From: Candidatus Latescibacterota bacterium
GTDB lineage: Bacteria; Latescibacterota; UBA2968; SICM01
Assembly (NCBI GenBank): GCA_965217865.1
Contig: CBDCJO010000002.1
Coordinates: 3,296,001-3,360,000, forward strand
Direction of reading: 5' to 3'
DNA: 64,000 nucleotides
Each line of letters opens with the position of its first letter. Positions within the stretch are counted from its first letter, which is position 1. Position numbers and translations under genes: made by a program. This document shows, in pieces, positions 43,261 through 54,723 of this stretch. The notes under the pieces are model-generated. The model did not search any database. It was not told the DNA's origin and worked only from the letters and a program-made list of their open reading frames with translations.

Positions 43261-44391
43261 GGAGTCAGGAGAAAGGATCCTCATGTTTTCAAGGATGAAT
43301 TATCGGGTATTTTCTCGGTCTCTTTCTTGATCTCCAATTAATTCGTGAATAACGCCTCGGAAGACCGTTGAAATCTGTAAGATTCCCATAATCCACCAGA
43401 TTATCCGAAACTGACGAGTTACAGGTACCGTGAGAATCAAAGGTCCGCTCTTTCATTACTCTTGATTTCCCTCCCGGTGCGCTTTGTTGATCCATTCCAC
43501 AGACGAGCATCGCGAGACATCGAGGTAAACATTCGGCATCCATAGCGTCGCGTATGAGGTCAGTCGAGTTCGCCACGCAGCCACCGGGCCAGCGCCTTCT
43601 TCGGAGAAGAGATCTCCCTCACAGACGTATAGTAGTAGTCTTCCCACCCCCATTGTGTTGTGCAATGAAAGGCCCGATCTTTCGGACCATCCAGCTTTTG
43701 GACAGCATCTTTGGCCAGTGCAACCTGGATTTCAGTCTGCCAGAGGGCATTGTGTAAAAACAGTCACTTACTTGTCCAAAAAAGGCCCATTCTGATTTAT
43801 CTTGGACAGCAGTGTAAAAATTTATGTAATTTTTCGTAAATCTCCCTTATCGGAAATCCCGACCCTTCGACCATCGTGACGGGAGCACAGAAATACGGGC
43901 CTGTCGAGCCGAGGGAGCTACGGCACCACGGCCGACAAGAGGCTAGAGAACACTCGCCATCCGGTTCTGACGCGCAAGCTGCGGTAGGCCAACGGACCTG
44001 CTTCTTTTTCGAAACGCCTTGGTGGTGCGTATGCTGTTGGCGGATACCGTGATCTGGATTGCCCAGGGGCTTCTGGCGACCACACAAGCCATATCCTCTG
44101 CGTCCATGACCTCCTGCCAAGATCGCTCAACGAAGGCCGGGGCGCCTCGGCGCACCGTACCACACATAGCCATCCGGTATCTGCACGTCGAGCATCTCTT
44201 CGAGGCACAACGCCTGAGCACAGAGCTGTAGATCGGCTGCCGACCCATGCCGGACGCCCGATTTGTATTCAACAGGCAGCGTTGAGGGTTGAGTTTGCTT
44301 GCGCTTGCTGAATCTTAAGACGCCTTGCCTTGCAAGGGAAGATTCAGCCCCTCAACGCTGTTATTTTCCTCCTTCACTCAATATAGAAATC

Positions 44392-45333
44392 GTTAGACGC
44401 AACATTGTTTTTGTCATAACCAATTAGTATGGGGGAGCAAAAGAGAAGATTGGAAGCCAGACGCCCAATATCCATTCCAACTTCGTTTGATTACGATGTG
44501 CCGATCGAAACACAGATTCCACTGATCGCGCGGGCCGGGTTTACGCATGTTTCTTTAGGAGGAAGAAAGGTCCACACAGCTTATCTTTCAAAGCCTGCCA
44601 GAACTGCACTCAAGCAACTTTTGATTGAACACCGACTCAGTATGGATACTATCCACGGGCCGAATGCTGACCAACCCAATTGCATTGATGTTTTATTGGG
44701 CATTTCGGAGGCGGCAGTGGAATTATCTGGTGCCGGTCGTGGTTATACACGGAGGGCCATTTAGTTTTGGGGAAGACGAATTACCGTCCCGTTTTGAGGA
44801 ACTTCTTATTACGTGTGAAGCACTTGAGCCAATTGCGCGTGAAAAAGGCATCACGTTTGCACTTGAGAACGTGCTTCCAGGTCCGGCCACGGAACTCGTT
44901 CGGCGCGCGGTCCTCGAACTTAATCCAGAGCACTTCGGGTTTTGCTATGATTCCGCCCACGATCAGATTGGAGGTCCGAGGCCATTCGATCTTCTCTCGC
45001 AACTCAGGAACAGGGTTGTTGCGGTACACCTATCGGACCGCATTCGGAAACATGTAGATCATCTCATTCCTGGCAGCGGGTTCATCGATTGGATATCCCT
45101 TTCAGAGGAGTTGCGGCGCACGCCTTTTCCTGGGCCGTTGCTTTTGGAGGTGTCAGTTACCCACTCTGATGTGAAGGATACGAAAGATTTCCTGAGCCTG
45201 GCCTACCAAAAGGGGTGCTGGATTTACGATATGATATTTGACTCGCTCCAAACTAACTAACACCAGAATAAGGACACCATGATCGGCTCCGCTTGGCTTT
45301 GGAGTTTTACAAAAACAATGCAGACGCCTAACA
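44392..45333 (+). mobile_element. Probable integron gene cassette
   Basis: GTTAGAC (GTTRRRY) 37 bp before the ATG; GCCTAAC (RYYYAAC) shortly after the stop; lower GC; attC-like remainder at 46964-47030. Confidence 0.65.
44429..45260 (+). pseudogene. Sugar phosphate isomerase/epimerase (AP endonuclease 2 TIM barrel), one frameshift at ~44730
   Basis: 'ARAGFTHV...TIHGP' then 'VVIHG...FALENV...GFCYDSAH...VHLSD...HLIPGSG.IDW...LLLEV'. Confidence 0.8.
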
Positions 45334-45379
45334 CATATTAAAGGCCCCGGGTCAAGAAAAAAAGACTCCTCCATCACGA

Positions 45380-45833
45380 TTTTCACCGTTTTTTTGCGAC
45401 CCTAACGTTCGGGGCGTGCAATGAGCCGATCCGAAGAGGTTTGGCGATGTTCGGATCTTTGTCAGTCGTCGGTCTGACTTGATTTTCACAAACCGGGCTA
45501 GATGTGAGCCATCTGCACCAAACACGTATCGGGAATCAAGCGCCTCTCACGGTATACTGTGGAGCGCCCTGGGAGAGGCATTGTCCTCTCCCTCCAGAAA
45601 ATAATCGGTACCCCTTGAGTCCCAATCAAGAAGGATGGCTGTTCTCCCCTTTTATGAGGGGGAACGCCAGTTAGGTTCGGGTTCATCGCGGGGGCAGACG
45701 GACTGACTGTCTCAGATCCGCTCATCTATGTTCTAAATAAGGGGTGAAGGCGGCTTCCCAATCAAGCCGATGAGCTGGGCTATTGTCCGGACGTTGCCCT
45801 GCCAGTTAGGCGCCGGGTTAACCGCCCCACCCA
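45380..45833 (-). ncRNA. Putative bridge/seekRNA region with repeated guide-loop modules
   Basis: ~500-bp ORF-poor, hairpin-rich end; two modules 'CCTAAC-TGG-hairpin-CTTG-ATTGG'; boundaries approximate. Confidence 0.7.
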
Positions 45834-46877
45834 TTATGCTACAAACCGTTTCTCGTCGAATGCCTGGCCGTTTTTGAGCATTTGGTAGGCGGCCACGCCG
45901 AATTTGTGAGCGATGACGCTCTTGGCTTTTCCCGGACCTTGTTTGCTTTTGAGCTTCTCGTAGTATCTATTGATCGGTTCTGACCATCGCTGGGCGACGA
46001 GGATGATTTCTGAGAAGGCCCACTTTAGGTGTGGGTTGCCGATTTTGTTATTCCCGTCCTTTGTCTTCTTTCCAGCGGACTCTCTCTCGACTTTGATCAG
46101 CCGGCTGTAGGAGGAGAAGGCTGAAGCGGATTTGAACCGTTCAATCGTGTGGATTTCATACAGGATGGTCATGGCCAACATCTCCCCAAGTCCGGGAACC
46201 GTCATCAGGATAGACAGGACATTGCGATCGTGATGTTTGGCCTGTGCCAAGACTTGCTTCTCGACTTTGTAGATCATTTTGTCCAGGGAGTCAACCAGGT
46301 CCAGATCGCAGTCCACAGACATACTCAGATCTGGGTCGGCCAGACGTTCGCACAGCTTTCTCCTGTTGCTCTTCTTTTTGACCTGGTCGCTGAGAGGATC
46401 CAGGATAGCTTGCTGAGAGAAGGTGTTCTGGATGTGGGTGTAACACTCAGCCCGTAAGGCCACAAACCGGTGTCTTCGCCGGAGCAGGTCCCGGGTTGCC
46501 CGCATCTCTTGCGGATAGGCATAGGCCATCGGGAACAGGTTGCAGCGCATCAGCTCAGCCAGCATTCTGGAATCGAGACGGTCGTTCTTTTTCTTGCCCC
46601 CATGGATCGCCTTCATATACAGGGCGTGTCCCAGGTAGAATGGAATCCCGGCCTTGTGACACCCGTCAGCCAGCCAGTACCAGTTGAAGGTTGACTCCAC
46701 CCCGACGGCGATGCTACCGAGGTGAGTTTCCAGCACCTGCAGCAGGAGCTTGAAGTCGTTTTTCAGGTTGCGCTGGAACACAATCTCTCCCATCTTGTCC
46801 ATGATGCAGACAAACATCGTTCTGGCGTGGAGATCGATGCCACAGAAATAGTTCGAGTCGATCCTTGCGTATTGCAT
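45834..46877 (-). CDS. IS110-family DEDD transposase/recombinase
   Basis: 'CGIDLH', 'GVEST', 'KKNDRLDS', 'TVPGLG', 'ESAGK' (catalytic Ser), 'IGNPHLKWAF'. Confidence 0.95.
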   Translation of the reverse strand: MQYARIDSNYFCGIDLHARTMFVCIMDKMGEIVFQRNLKNDFKLLLQVLETHLGSIAVGVESTFNWYWLADGCHKAGIPFYLGHALYMKAIHGGKKKNDRLDSRMLAELMRCNLFPMAYAYPQEMRATRDLLRRRHRFVALRAECYTHIQNTFSQQAILDPLSDQVKKKSNRRKLCERLADPDLSMSVDCDLDLVDSLDKMIYKVEKQVLAQAKHHDRNVLSILMTVPGLGEMLAMTILYEIHTIERFKSASAFSSYSRLIKVERESAGKKTKDGNNKIGNPHLKWAFSEIILVAQRWSEPINRYYEKLKSKQGPGKAKSVIAHKFGVAAYQMLKNGQAFDEKRFVA

Positions 46878-48601
46878 AAGGCCCTCCTGTGGGAGAAAGG
46901 TGATTGAGATATCCGGATCTCAATTATAACCTCTCCTGACAACGAGGGCCTTTATATTAATATCAAAGTGCCCACGGCTGCGCCTGTCATCCGGTTTGCA
47001 TAGAACAAAAGCGCAAACCGGCTGCCAGTGCTCGACCTAAACCGCCCTCATCGGCAACCGTGGATCCCCGTGCAGGTATCGGGACCGAGTTCGATTTGGT
47101 ATCACTTGGCGTAATAACGAGTGGATCGTGCTGGGACTTATCCGAGATCCGGGGTGGATTGATCCAGACCTCGGAAGGCAGGTCGGTTGGCTGTGACACC
47201 TCTTATGGAGACGGCCGGAAACTTCACTGAATTCCAACTTTCAGTGTCTCAAAATTGTTGACATGTTCCGATCACCAAAGCGCCCTTGGGTGGCACGCGG
47301 CCTACGTTCCGTCGTGCGCTACGAGGAGCATGTGCGCAAGCTGGATAACCGGTCCGGTTTCATCGACGAGACCTCAAAATTATCGCCACAAGGGGCACGG
47401 CGAACAGGCGGGATGCAAGCCATGACCATCCCAACGATATTCGAGACAAACACGGCGGGGAAGGCGGCAAACTCTAACGAAACAGCCACCATCATCGGGA
47501 TCGTCTCCGGTACCGATACCCTGAAATACAAGGCTGACCAGCAAAACCCTGCGTTCACCGGGCCGGGGGGGGCAGTGGGTGGCGTGGTGGTACGGAGCCC
47601 GGACGGGAAACCTCCGACGCGGAACTGCTCAAATTCGGGGGACCTGGTCCGGCTCCAGTGAATACATACCGGGGGACGTTCCCAAACGTCGAACCAGGCT
47701 GTTAAATAAGGCAGACGGGAAAAACAGAGAATCAGAGAATCCGGGAGGAGATATCTCTGCTCAGCGGGCGCAACCCCACGGTTGTGCTCGAACACCGGGG
47801 GGAACGCTTCGAAACAGAGAATCGGCAGAGAGGGGAAGGAGGTGGCCCAAGTGTTTGTGAATACGACAGAAACGACAAGACTCCGAAGGGTTGCCCCACG
47901 GGGTCTTGCGTTAACGGACGACCGCCGAAGTTGGCGGATTGGAATCTGGCTCCCCATATGATCCTTTCCCCGGAACCATTCTCTGTTCGTCAGTCGTAAC
48001 ATGCTGTATTGAAAGGAGCTATCGTAATTACGCCCGCGCCGCAGACGCGGAAGACAGCGTCAAGACGACTTCCGCCCTTCAGGTCAAAACAGCCACTTCT
48101 CCGACATGGGATCAGGATATCCGGGTCGTCGTTACCCACGCTGTTCACCTTGGTGCTGACGGCGCGCCTTTCGTAGGGGCCAACACAGGCTTCACGCATC
48201 AACTCGAGAAGCCGTGGTGAGGTCGTTGTCCACGTTCTGGACCGCCTCACGCTGTCGGAAGCTGTGGCGGAGGAACCGTTTAACCTGAAGAAATTCTACA
48301 TAGTGCGGCGCAAATCTCAAATCCCCTCTTCCCACACCCGCCAAATCGCCACTCTTATCTTCCCCTCCATCCGCTCGTAGCTTCTGATCGCTCGGATCTG
48401 AAGCCTCCCTGATTGACAGCTTCCGGCCAAACGGCTATATTACTCGATTGTCTGACTGCCCCTAATCGTCTTGGCTCCCAGTCTCGCGCACTCCCGGAAT
48501 GCAGTGAGGAGCAAGACCACGCTCGTCGAAACCGTGGCGGGCGCGTGGGGAGCAGGAAGCATATCGGGTTCTCAAATATGAACAGGGAACAGAAGCAGAG
48601 T

Positions 48602-49392
48602 ATGAAGCTGGAAGATCTCCAGGCCAATGCTGCGGTGCATGGCATCCTATCCGACTCTCTCGTCACGGTGGTCAGCGTGCAGTGGTTCGGCTCCGAAGCG
48701 CTTGAGTTGACGTACAAGACACCTGCCGGAAAGGTTGCCAATGAGCTTCTGTACCGTCACGACGAAGCCCGGCTCGAGATCGTCGAAGTCGGCCGGCCAT
48801 GGAGCTTTGACGGAGACGGTGCGTTGTTCCGCCTGGTCTCCGAGGCGCAGCGGATACGCCTCGCGCATCTCTTCGATCCGGTGCTCGCCGTGCACACCTC
48901 GGTCGTCGAGCCGTTGCCCCATCAGATCACCGCGGTCTACGAATCCATGCTGTCCCGTCAACCCCTTCGCTTTCTTCTCGCCGATGACCCGGGCGCCGGC
49001 AAGACGATCATGGCGGGGTTGCTCATCAAGGAGTTGATCGCTCGCGGGGATCTGCAGCGGTGTCTGGTCGTCTGTCCCGGCAGTCTCGCAGAGCAATGGC
49101 AGGATGAGCTTTACCGCCGGTTCCAGCTGCCCTTCGACATCCTGACAAACGACAATCTCGAAGCCGCGCGCACAGGGAACTGGTTCCTGGAATCCAATCT
49201 CGTTATTGCCCGGCTGGATAAGCTCTCTCGCAACGAAGACGTTCAGCAGAAGCTGCAGGTTCCGGATTGCCGCTGGGACCTCGTCGTGTGCGACGAGGCG
49301 CATAAGATGTCGGCGACGTTATTCGGTGGTGAAGTCAAGTACACGAAGCGCTACCGGCTGGGGCAACTGCTGTCGAGTCTCACCCGCCATTT
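48602..49392 (+). pseudogene. SNF2-family helicase N-terminal part, truncated by IS3 copy 2
   Basis: 'PLPHQITAVY', 'LLADDPGAGKT', 'QWQDEL', 'CDEAHK'. Confidence 0.9.
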
Positions 49393-50959
49393 TGTATCTA
49401 TTCTGAGATAACAAGAGAAAAGCAGATAAAGGTCCAAGCAAGATTCAGGCAGCCTTGTGGATGGTCTGGGATGTTCTTTGCCGATTGATTTCTATGCGGC
49501 GCTGCCGAGCCTCCTCCTTTCGACCTTGTCGGTGGTGAAGAATCTTTTGATGCTGGCCTTTATGCCTCTGAAGAGGCGTGACATACTGTATTGCCCCGTG
49601 ATAGCGTTCGGCGTTGTAGCTGTGAATGAAGGAATCAATCAGGCCTTCCAGTTGATGGAATGTGAAGATGTCCTGGAAGCGCAGCCAGTCGTATTTGAAT
49701 GTCCGGAAAAAGGCTTCGATCCAGGCGTTGTCCGTGGGTGTTTGATATCGGGCAAACAGCTGCGAGATGCCCAGGTCCTTGAAGAATTGGGCCATCGATT
49801 TGGCCTTCATCTGAGATCCGTGATCTGAGAGGGCTGTCAAGCTTATGGGCCCAGTGTCCAGGTCCAGCAGTCCTTCGTTGGCAAGGGCTTGATCCCAGGC
49901 CTGTTTGACCTGCTCCACGGTCGCGTTGAAGGAGAGCTTCCATCCTACGATCTTCCTGGAATACACGTCGAGAATGGCGGTAAAATACAGGAACAAACCG
50001 AAAAATGGGATGTAGGTCAGGTCCCAGCTCCAGACCTGATTAGGACCTTCAGGTTTGACCTGGGGCTTGCTCTGCTTGACCGGCGTCCTCACCTGTTTCC
50101 TGCGTGCCAGACGTTCTTTCCTGGCCTGTCGGTAGAAGCTGGAGGCCGAGGCCTGCACTACCCCCTTCTCTGAGGCTACCACCGCCAGCTGATGGGGAGG
50201 CAGATCGGCATAGGTCTCATCCCTTAAGAGGGCCGGGATTTGCTCTTTCTCCTCCCTCAGCAATCCGTGTGGGGCCTCATCAGGGGCGGGCCCGGGCTTC
50301 CCATCCAAAAGCGGGTCCGACACCCCATCCAGCTTCTCTTCTCGATCTCGCCGGCTCCAGGCACAATACCGCTGGAGGGGAAGCTGTAGGATCTCGCAAG
50401 AACGGGTGAGTTTCACCCCTTTCTCCTTGGCCCGATGGACCATTAAGAGGATCTCGCGTTTGACCTCAGCTTGCACCCGGTGGCCCTTGATCGGGCCTGT
50501 CAGATCCCATTCACACTTTTTTTTAGCAGGGAAAGTTCCACAGATTGCTCAATGATCGTTTGCTCCAGGCGTGCCCGCTCTTTGCGCAGCTGCTCCACCT
50601 CCTCAGCCGATACCATCGGCTTGCGGCTCCGGCGACCCTTGAACTCCTTGAGGGCCCCGGACTTGACCGACTCACGAATACGCTTTAGATCCGAGGAATG
50701 AATGCCCCATTTCCGCAGCACCTGTGCAATGGGAACATCTCCCCGGCTGGCTTCAAGGAAAATCTCATACTTCTGTTCCGGGGACAAGCTCCTGCGCTTC
50801 TTGACCGGGTCACTGTTTGAGGACAGTTGCTCCATCTTTACTCCTCCTGTGAGGTCAGGGATATCCCAAAATATGTATCCCTTCTCAACCCTACAGGCAA
50901 CCAGGATCTTGCTTCGACCTTGCCCCCGTTTTTTCGGGCGATCTCAGACAAAAGATACA
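49393..50959 (-). mobile_element. IS3-family element, copy 2 (orfA 50500-50835, orfB 49445-50476)
   Basis: Near-identical to copy 1; TG...CA ends; flanks TTT/TGC show no target duplication. Confidence 0.92.
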
Positions 50960-51152
50960 TGCGAGGATGTTCGACCACGACCTAAAGGAGATCGAAAATG
51001 AGGCGTTCGAAGGAAGCCGAAACTCAAGCTCGTGAGGCGAAGATGCTTGATGATCTCCTGAAGGACCTACTCATCCTGCCGGAACTCCCTGATCTCCCCC
51101 CATTCGTGTGACTGTCGCACTCCACTGTTGCAACTCCACTGTCCCGCTCCAC

Positions 51153-51605
51153 GGTCAAGTCTTAAGCGTCCTGCAAAATGCAAGCCTTCAACTGGAGGTC
51201 CAGTGAGGTTCACGCAACGGCTACCATTTCAGCCGGTGGTGCGATCTGTCGTTCCTCATAGAGCAGCTGGAGCTGGAGCAGTTCGGTGGACGTGATGTTG
51301 ATATTCTGCCACCTGGCAGCGGCACGGATGAGAACAGCATAGACGAGCTTCAGGCAACTCTTTTCGGAGAAGAATCGCGGCAATGTTTTGGTTCGGCGGC
51401 GTTCCTCGACAAAGCTGCGTTCGATCAGGTTGGTGGTGCGGGCGAACTTCCGGAGTCGCCAGGGAAGCTGGAGGTGTGCGAGGAGAGCTTCGAGGTCCTC
51501 CGTGAGACACTTGCACAGACCGGGGAACTCCTTGCTGAACTTCTCCAGAAACTCTCGCACCGCACTTTGGCCGGCCTGAAGATCCGGGGCGTCACGAATC
51601 ATCAC
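51153..51605 (-). mobile_element. IS256-family 3' remnant with terminal repeat
   Basis: 'RTTNLIERSFVEERRRTK'; GGTCAAGTCTTAAGCGTCCTGCAAAA end. Confidence 0.85.
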
Positions 51606-51647
51606 CAGATACGGCTTGCACGGAGAATCTTCTGGATCTGTATCACC

Positions 51648-51934
51648 GGCCGTATGATCCGAAAGGCCCGTTCTCTAGCCAAACGCCTCGAATTGCACTA
51701 CACGCCCAAGCACGGCAGCTGGCTCAATGTCGCCGAGATCGAACTGAGCGTCCTTGCCAGACAACGCCTGGACAGCCGCATTCCTGACCTGCAGACCCTC
51801 ACCAACCAGGTGGAGGCCTGGAAATGTGATCGAAACGAGAAACACAGAACCGTTGATTGGCAGTTCACGACCACCGACGCCCGCATCAAACTGAAGAAGC
51901 TCTATCCCAAGTTTTAGGTGTCATGGTGTAGTAG
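51648..51934 (+). pseudogene. IS630-family 3' remnant, internally deleted paralog of 41135-41735
   Basis: 'KARSLAKRLELHYTPKHGSWLN...LKKLYPKF'. Confidence 0.85.
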
Positions 51935-51947
51935 TCCCCAGATTTCA

Positions 51948-52364
51948 TTATGCATCGGGAGAGAGAAGGTTCTTCAGCTTTCGGCTCACTGTAGCTTGTT
52001 TCCTTTCGACCTCACACTCCCAAAGTCTCAAGACTGTCCAGCCTTCTCTGCGGAGTTCGCGGATATTCCGCTTATCTCGGTCGCAGTTCTTGCGCAGTTT
52101 TTCCTCCCAGTATTCCCTGCGCGAATGAGGAATCCTGCCTTCCCCACAATGGGGGCACTGATGCCAGAAGCAACCATGCACGAGAACGATAGATCTGTAT
52201 TTCCTCAAGACAATATCAGGCTTCCCAGGAAGCGATTTTACATTCAACCTGTACCTGTAACCCATATTGGTTAGGATACGACGCACAATCCGCTCCGGTT
52301 TCGTATCCTTTCCACGAATCCGTGACATTACCTGACTTCTCTTCTCTTTCGTCCAAATATCCAT
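51948..52364 (-). CDS. vsr: Very short patch repair endonuclease
   Basis: 'MDIWTKEKRSQVMSRIRGKDTKPE...LPGKPDIV...VHGCFWH...VLRLWEC'. Confidence 0.93.
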   Translation of the reverse strand: MDIWTKEKRSQVMSRIRGKDTKPERIVRRILTNMGYRYRLNVKSLPGKPDIVLRKYRSIVLVHGCFWHQCPHCGEGRIPHSRREYWEEKLRKNCDRDKRNIRELRREGWTVLRLWECEVERKQATVSRKLKNLLSPDA

Positions 52365-52589
52365 GACTCTCCGGGCACTTGCTCGCCGAGTCGCTTGGAA
52401 GCGACCCTCTACACCGATGGTTTCGGTAACTTCGTCTCCTCTATCATCGCTTCGATTGCTGCCGACTGGAGCGATAGTTGCCGGGCGGGAATTGCACCCG
52501 CTGAAGATCGGCACCTTTCATGGCACACTGCCGCATTAAGGTTAATAGGTGTGAAAAAAGAGAAAGGGGTGACCCTAACCTTCCTTTAT

Positions 52590-53555
52590 AGCAGTCCATC
52601 CAAAACCGTCCGGTGAACGCCGGGCATGGTAAGGAGAGAGTCGCCATGAGAGAATCTACACTGGAGTCCGTAGACCTGTCTATGTCAACGTGGGGCACGC
52701 TGGAAAGACTGGGCCCGCTCGTCGATCCAATCTCTTTTGCAGCAGGACCTGGAAGAGGACGCAACTACTGGGACGTACACGCTACGAGCGCTGATCGGGA
52801 GTGGACCGCAGTCCAGGGTCGCGCAACGGCCATGGCAAGCCTCGACGCGTGTCGTTGATGTCGGGCACCATCGAGGTGAGACGGCCTCGGGGCTGGGGAC
52901 TGAAGGAGCGCTTTGAGAGCCGCATCCTGCCGTTGTTCATGCGCCGTACGAAAGCGGTGACCGAGTTGCTGCCCGAGCTCCAAGGGGACTTCGAGCTGGC
53001 GTTGCGCGGTCTGCTGGGCGACAGAGCACCTCTGTCGGCCTCGTCGGTCGCCCGTCTGCGGGTGGGAAAGAGGAGTTCGAGACTTGGCAAGAGCGACGCC
53101 TGGACGATCGTGAGATGGTCTACGCCTGGACGGACGGCCTCTACGTCAAGGCTGGGCTGGAGAAAGACAAGGCAGCGTTTGCTGGTCGTTCCTCGGCACC
53201 ATGAGCGACGGACGGAAGGAGGTGCTGGCGGTCCGTCCCGGCCATCGTGAGCCGACCGAGTCGTGGTTGAACGTCTTGCGTGTTTTGCGCGACCGGGGGT
53301 TGTGCCGCTGTTGTTGATGGCCGACGGTACCCTGACCATCTGGAGTGCCGTCGGCCAGGTCTGGCCGGAGACGTCGCATCAGCGGTGTTGGAATCACAAG
53401 ATCATCAATGTGCTCGACGACCTGCCCAAGTGCGCACAGAGCAAGGCCTAGGCTCTGCTGACACAGATCCCCACGGCCGCCACACGGGCCAAGCCGAGGC
53501 CCGGCGTGACACGTTCGCCGCTCACTACCGAGACCAGCATCCCGAGGCTGCCTGA
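52590..53555 (+). pseudogene. Degenerate IS256-family element
   Basis: Across frames: 'FESRILPLF.RRTK', 'YAWTDGLYVKAGLEKDKAA', 'HQRCWNHK..NVLD'. Confidence 0.8.
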
Positions 53556-53557
53556 TC

Positions 53558-54715
53558 TCATTTTACACACCTATTGACGCGACCTCGCTCATCGCAGATG
53601 AATGCCTTTAGGCTGACTGCGACTTGATGTGCTAATGGTACCGGAACGCCATTCGACACTACTGCGAACTTGTCTGTGAGTGACATATCCGGATGCAAAT
53701 GGTATTCGTCCGGAATGCTCTGAATTCTCATCGTTTCCCTGACACTTAAGCGGCGTTTCTTCCAGGGGTGAAGGTGCACCTCGTTGTGTCCATAACAAGC
53801 TGTGGGGCTGAACCTGTACCGGTGAAGTCTCTTGAATGACTTCCGTTTCGTGTCGCCTTCCTCTATGCTTGAGAACCTCTCTGAGTAGGCTGCAAAGACA
53901 TCCTTCCCGTTTGCTATCTCCTCAGGCAGCGAGCCAGAATTCAGGACGGAATCTACCATCAGCTCATAGGGTGTTCCTTTGGGCCGCTTCGGCCTGCCCC
54001 CGAACTTGCAAATTTGTGGCCAATTATAGCCTGCCCTCGCTCCCCTGTATGGGGGGGGGATATCGGGCCAGGGGAACCAATCCCTCTCCGACGAGCCGAT
54101 CTTCCGGCCAGCGCACTGGCCTGCAAATCTGGATTCTATTCCAATCAGTATGAGACGTTCTCGATCCTGTGGGATTCCCATTTCCAGCGCATTCAAGATT
54201 CTCAAATCGAGACAGTAGCCTTTGGATTCAAGCTTCTTTTCGAGCTTCTTCAGGAACTCGCGGTGAACGTGGACCCGGTATAGCCCAGCAACGTTCTCAA
54301 ACACGAAGAACCGGGGCATCAATGAGCAAACGCGGTTGAAGAAAGTCTTGGTCAGCTTGCCATTCACTCCCTTGACTCCGCGGTTTTTTCCTCCTGAGCT
54401 GAAATCTGGACAAGGAGGGCCGCCAATAATGCCAAAGGCTGACGGTTTTCCTTCTGGAAATGCTTGTGCAAAGATCTCAGGCGCAAACAGCCTCTTGATG
54501 TTCTTTGTATTGCTGATTTTCGCAGGTCCTGAATTCTTACCCGTGAATTCACGCCACCGGGACATGCCGTAGCTGTACATTTTTCCATAGGCAGGATTGC
54601 ATTCGTTAGTCTACACAATAGTGAAGCCCGCCTGCTCGAAACCCATATCGAGGAACCCGCCACCCGTGAAAAACGACAGGATAGTTGGCTCTATAACATC
54701 CTTGCTGCGAGTCAT
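53558..54715 (-). pseudogene. dcm: C5-cytosine DNA methyltransferase with an in-frame TAG at 54611-13
   Basis: 'LSFFTGGGFLDMG' motif I upstream of the stop; 'GGPPCPDFS', 'FENVAG', 'PQDRER', 'RRLSVRE', 'SNGVP'. Confidence 0.9.
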
Positions 54716-54723
54716 CTTCTTCG

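Larger units (their letters stand above)
45334..46965 (-). mobile_element. IS110-family, IS1111-type element inserted in an attC-like site
   Basis: Subterminal IRs TAAAGGCCC (45339-47) and GGGCCTTTA (46946-54); CA at both junctions; long non-coding region downstream of the gene. Confidence 0.85.

Noticed and set aside
45498-45725. 75-aa ORF inside the IS110 end
   Set aside because: No recognisable motif or RBS; the region is better explained as structured RNA.
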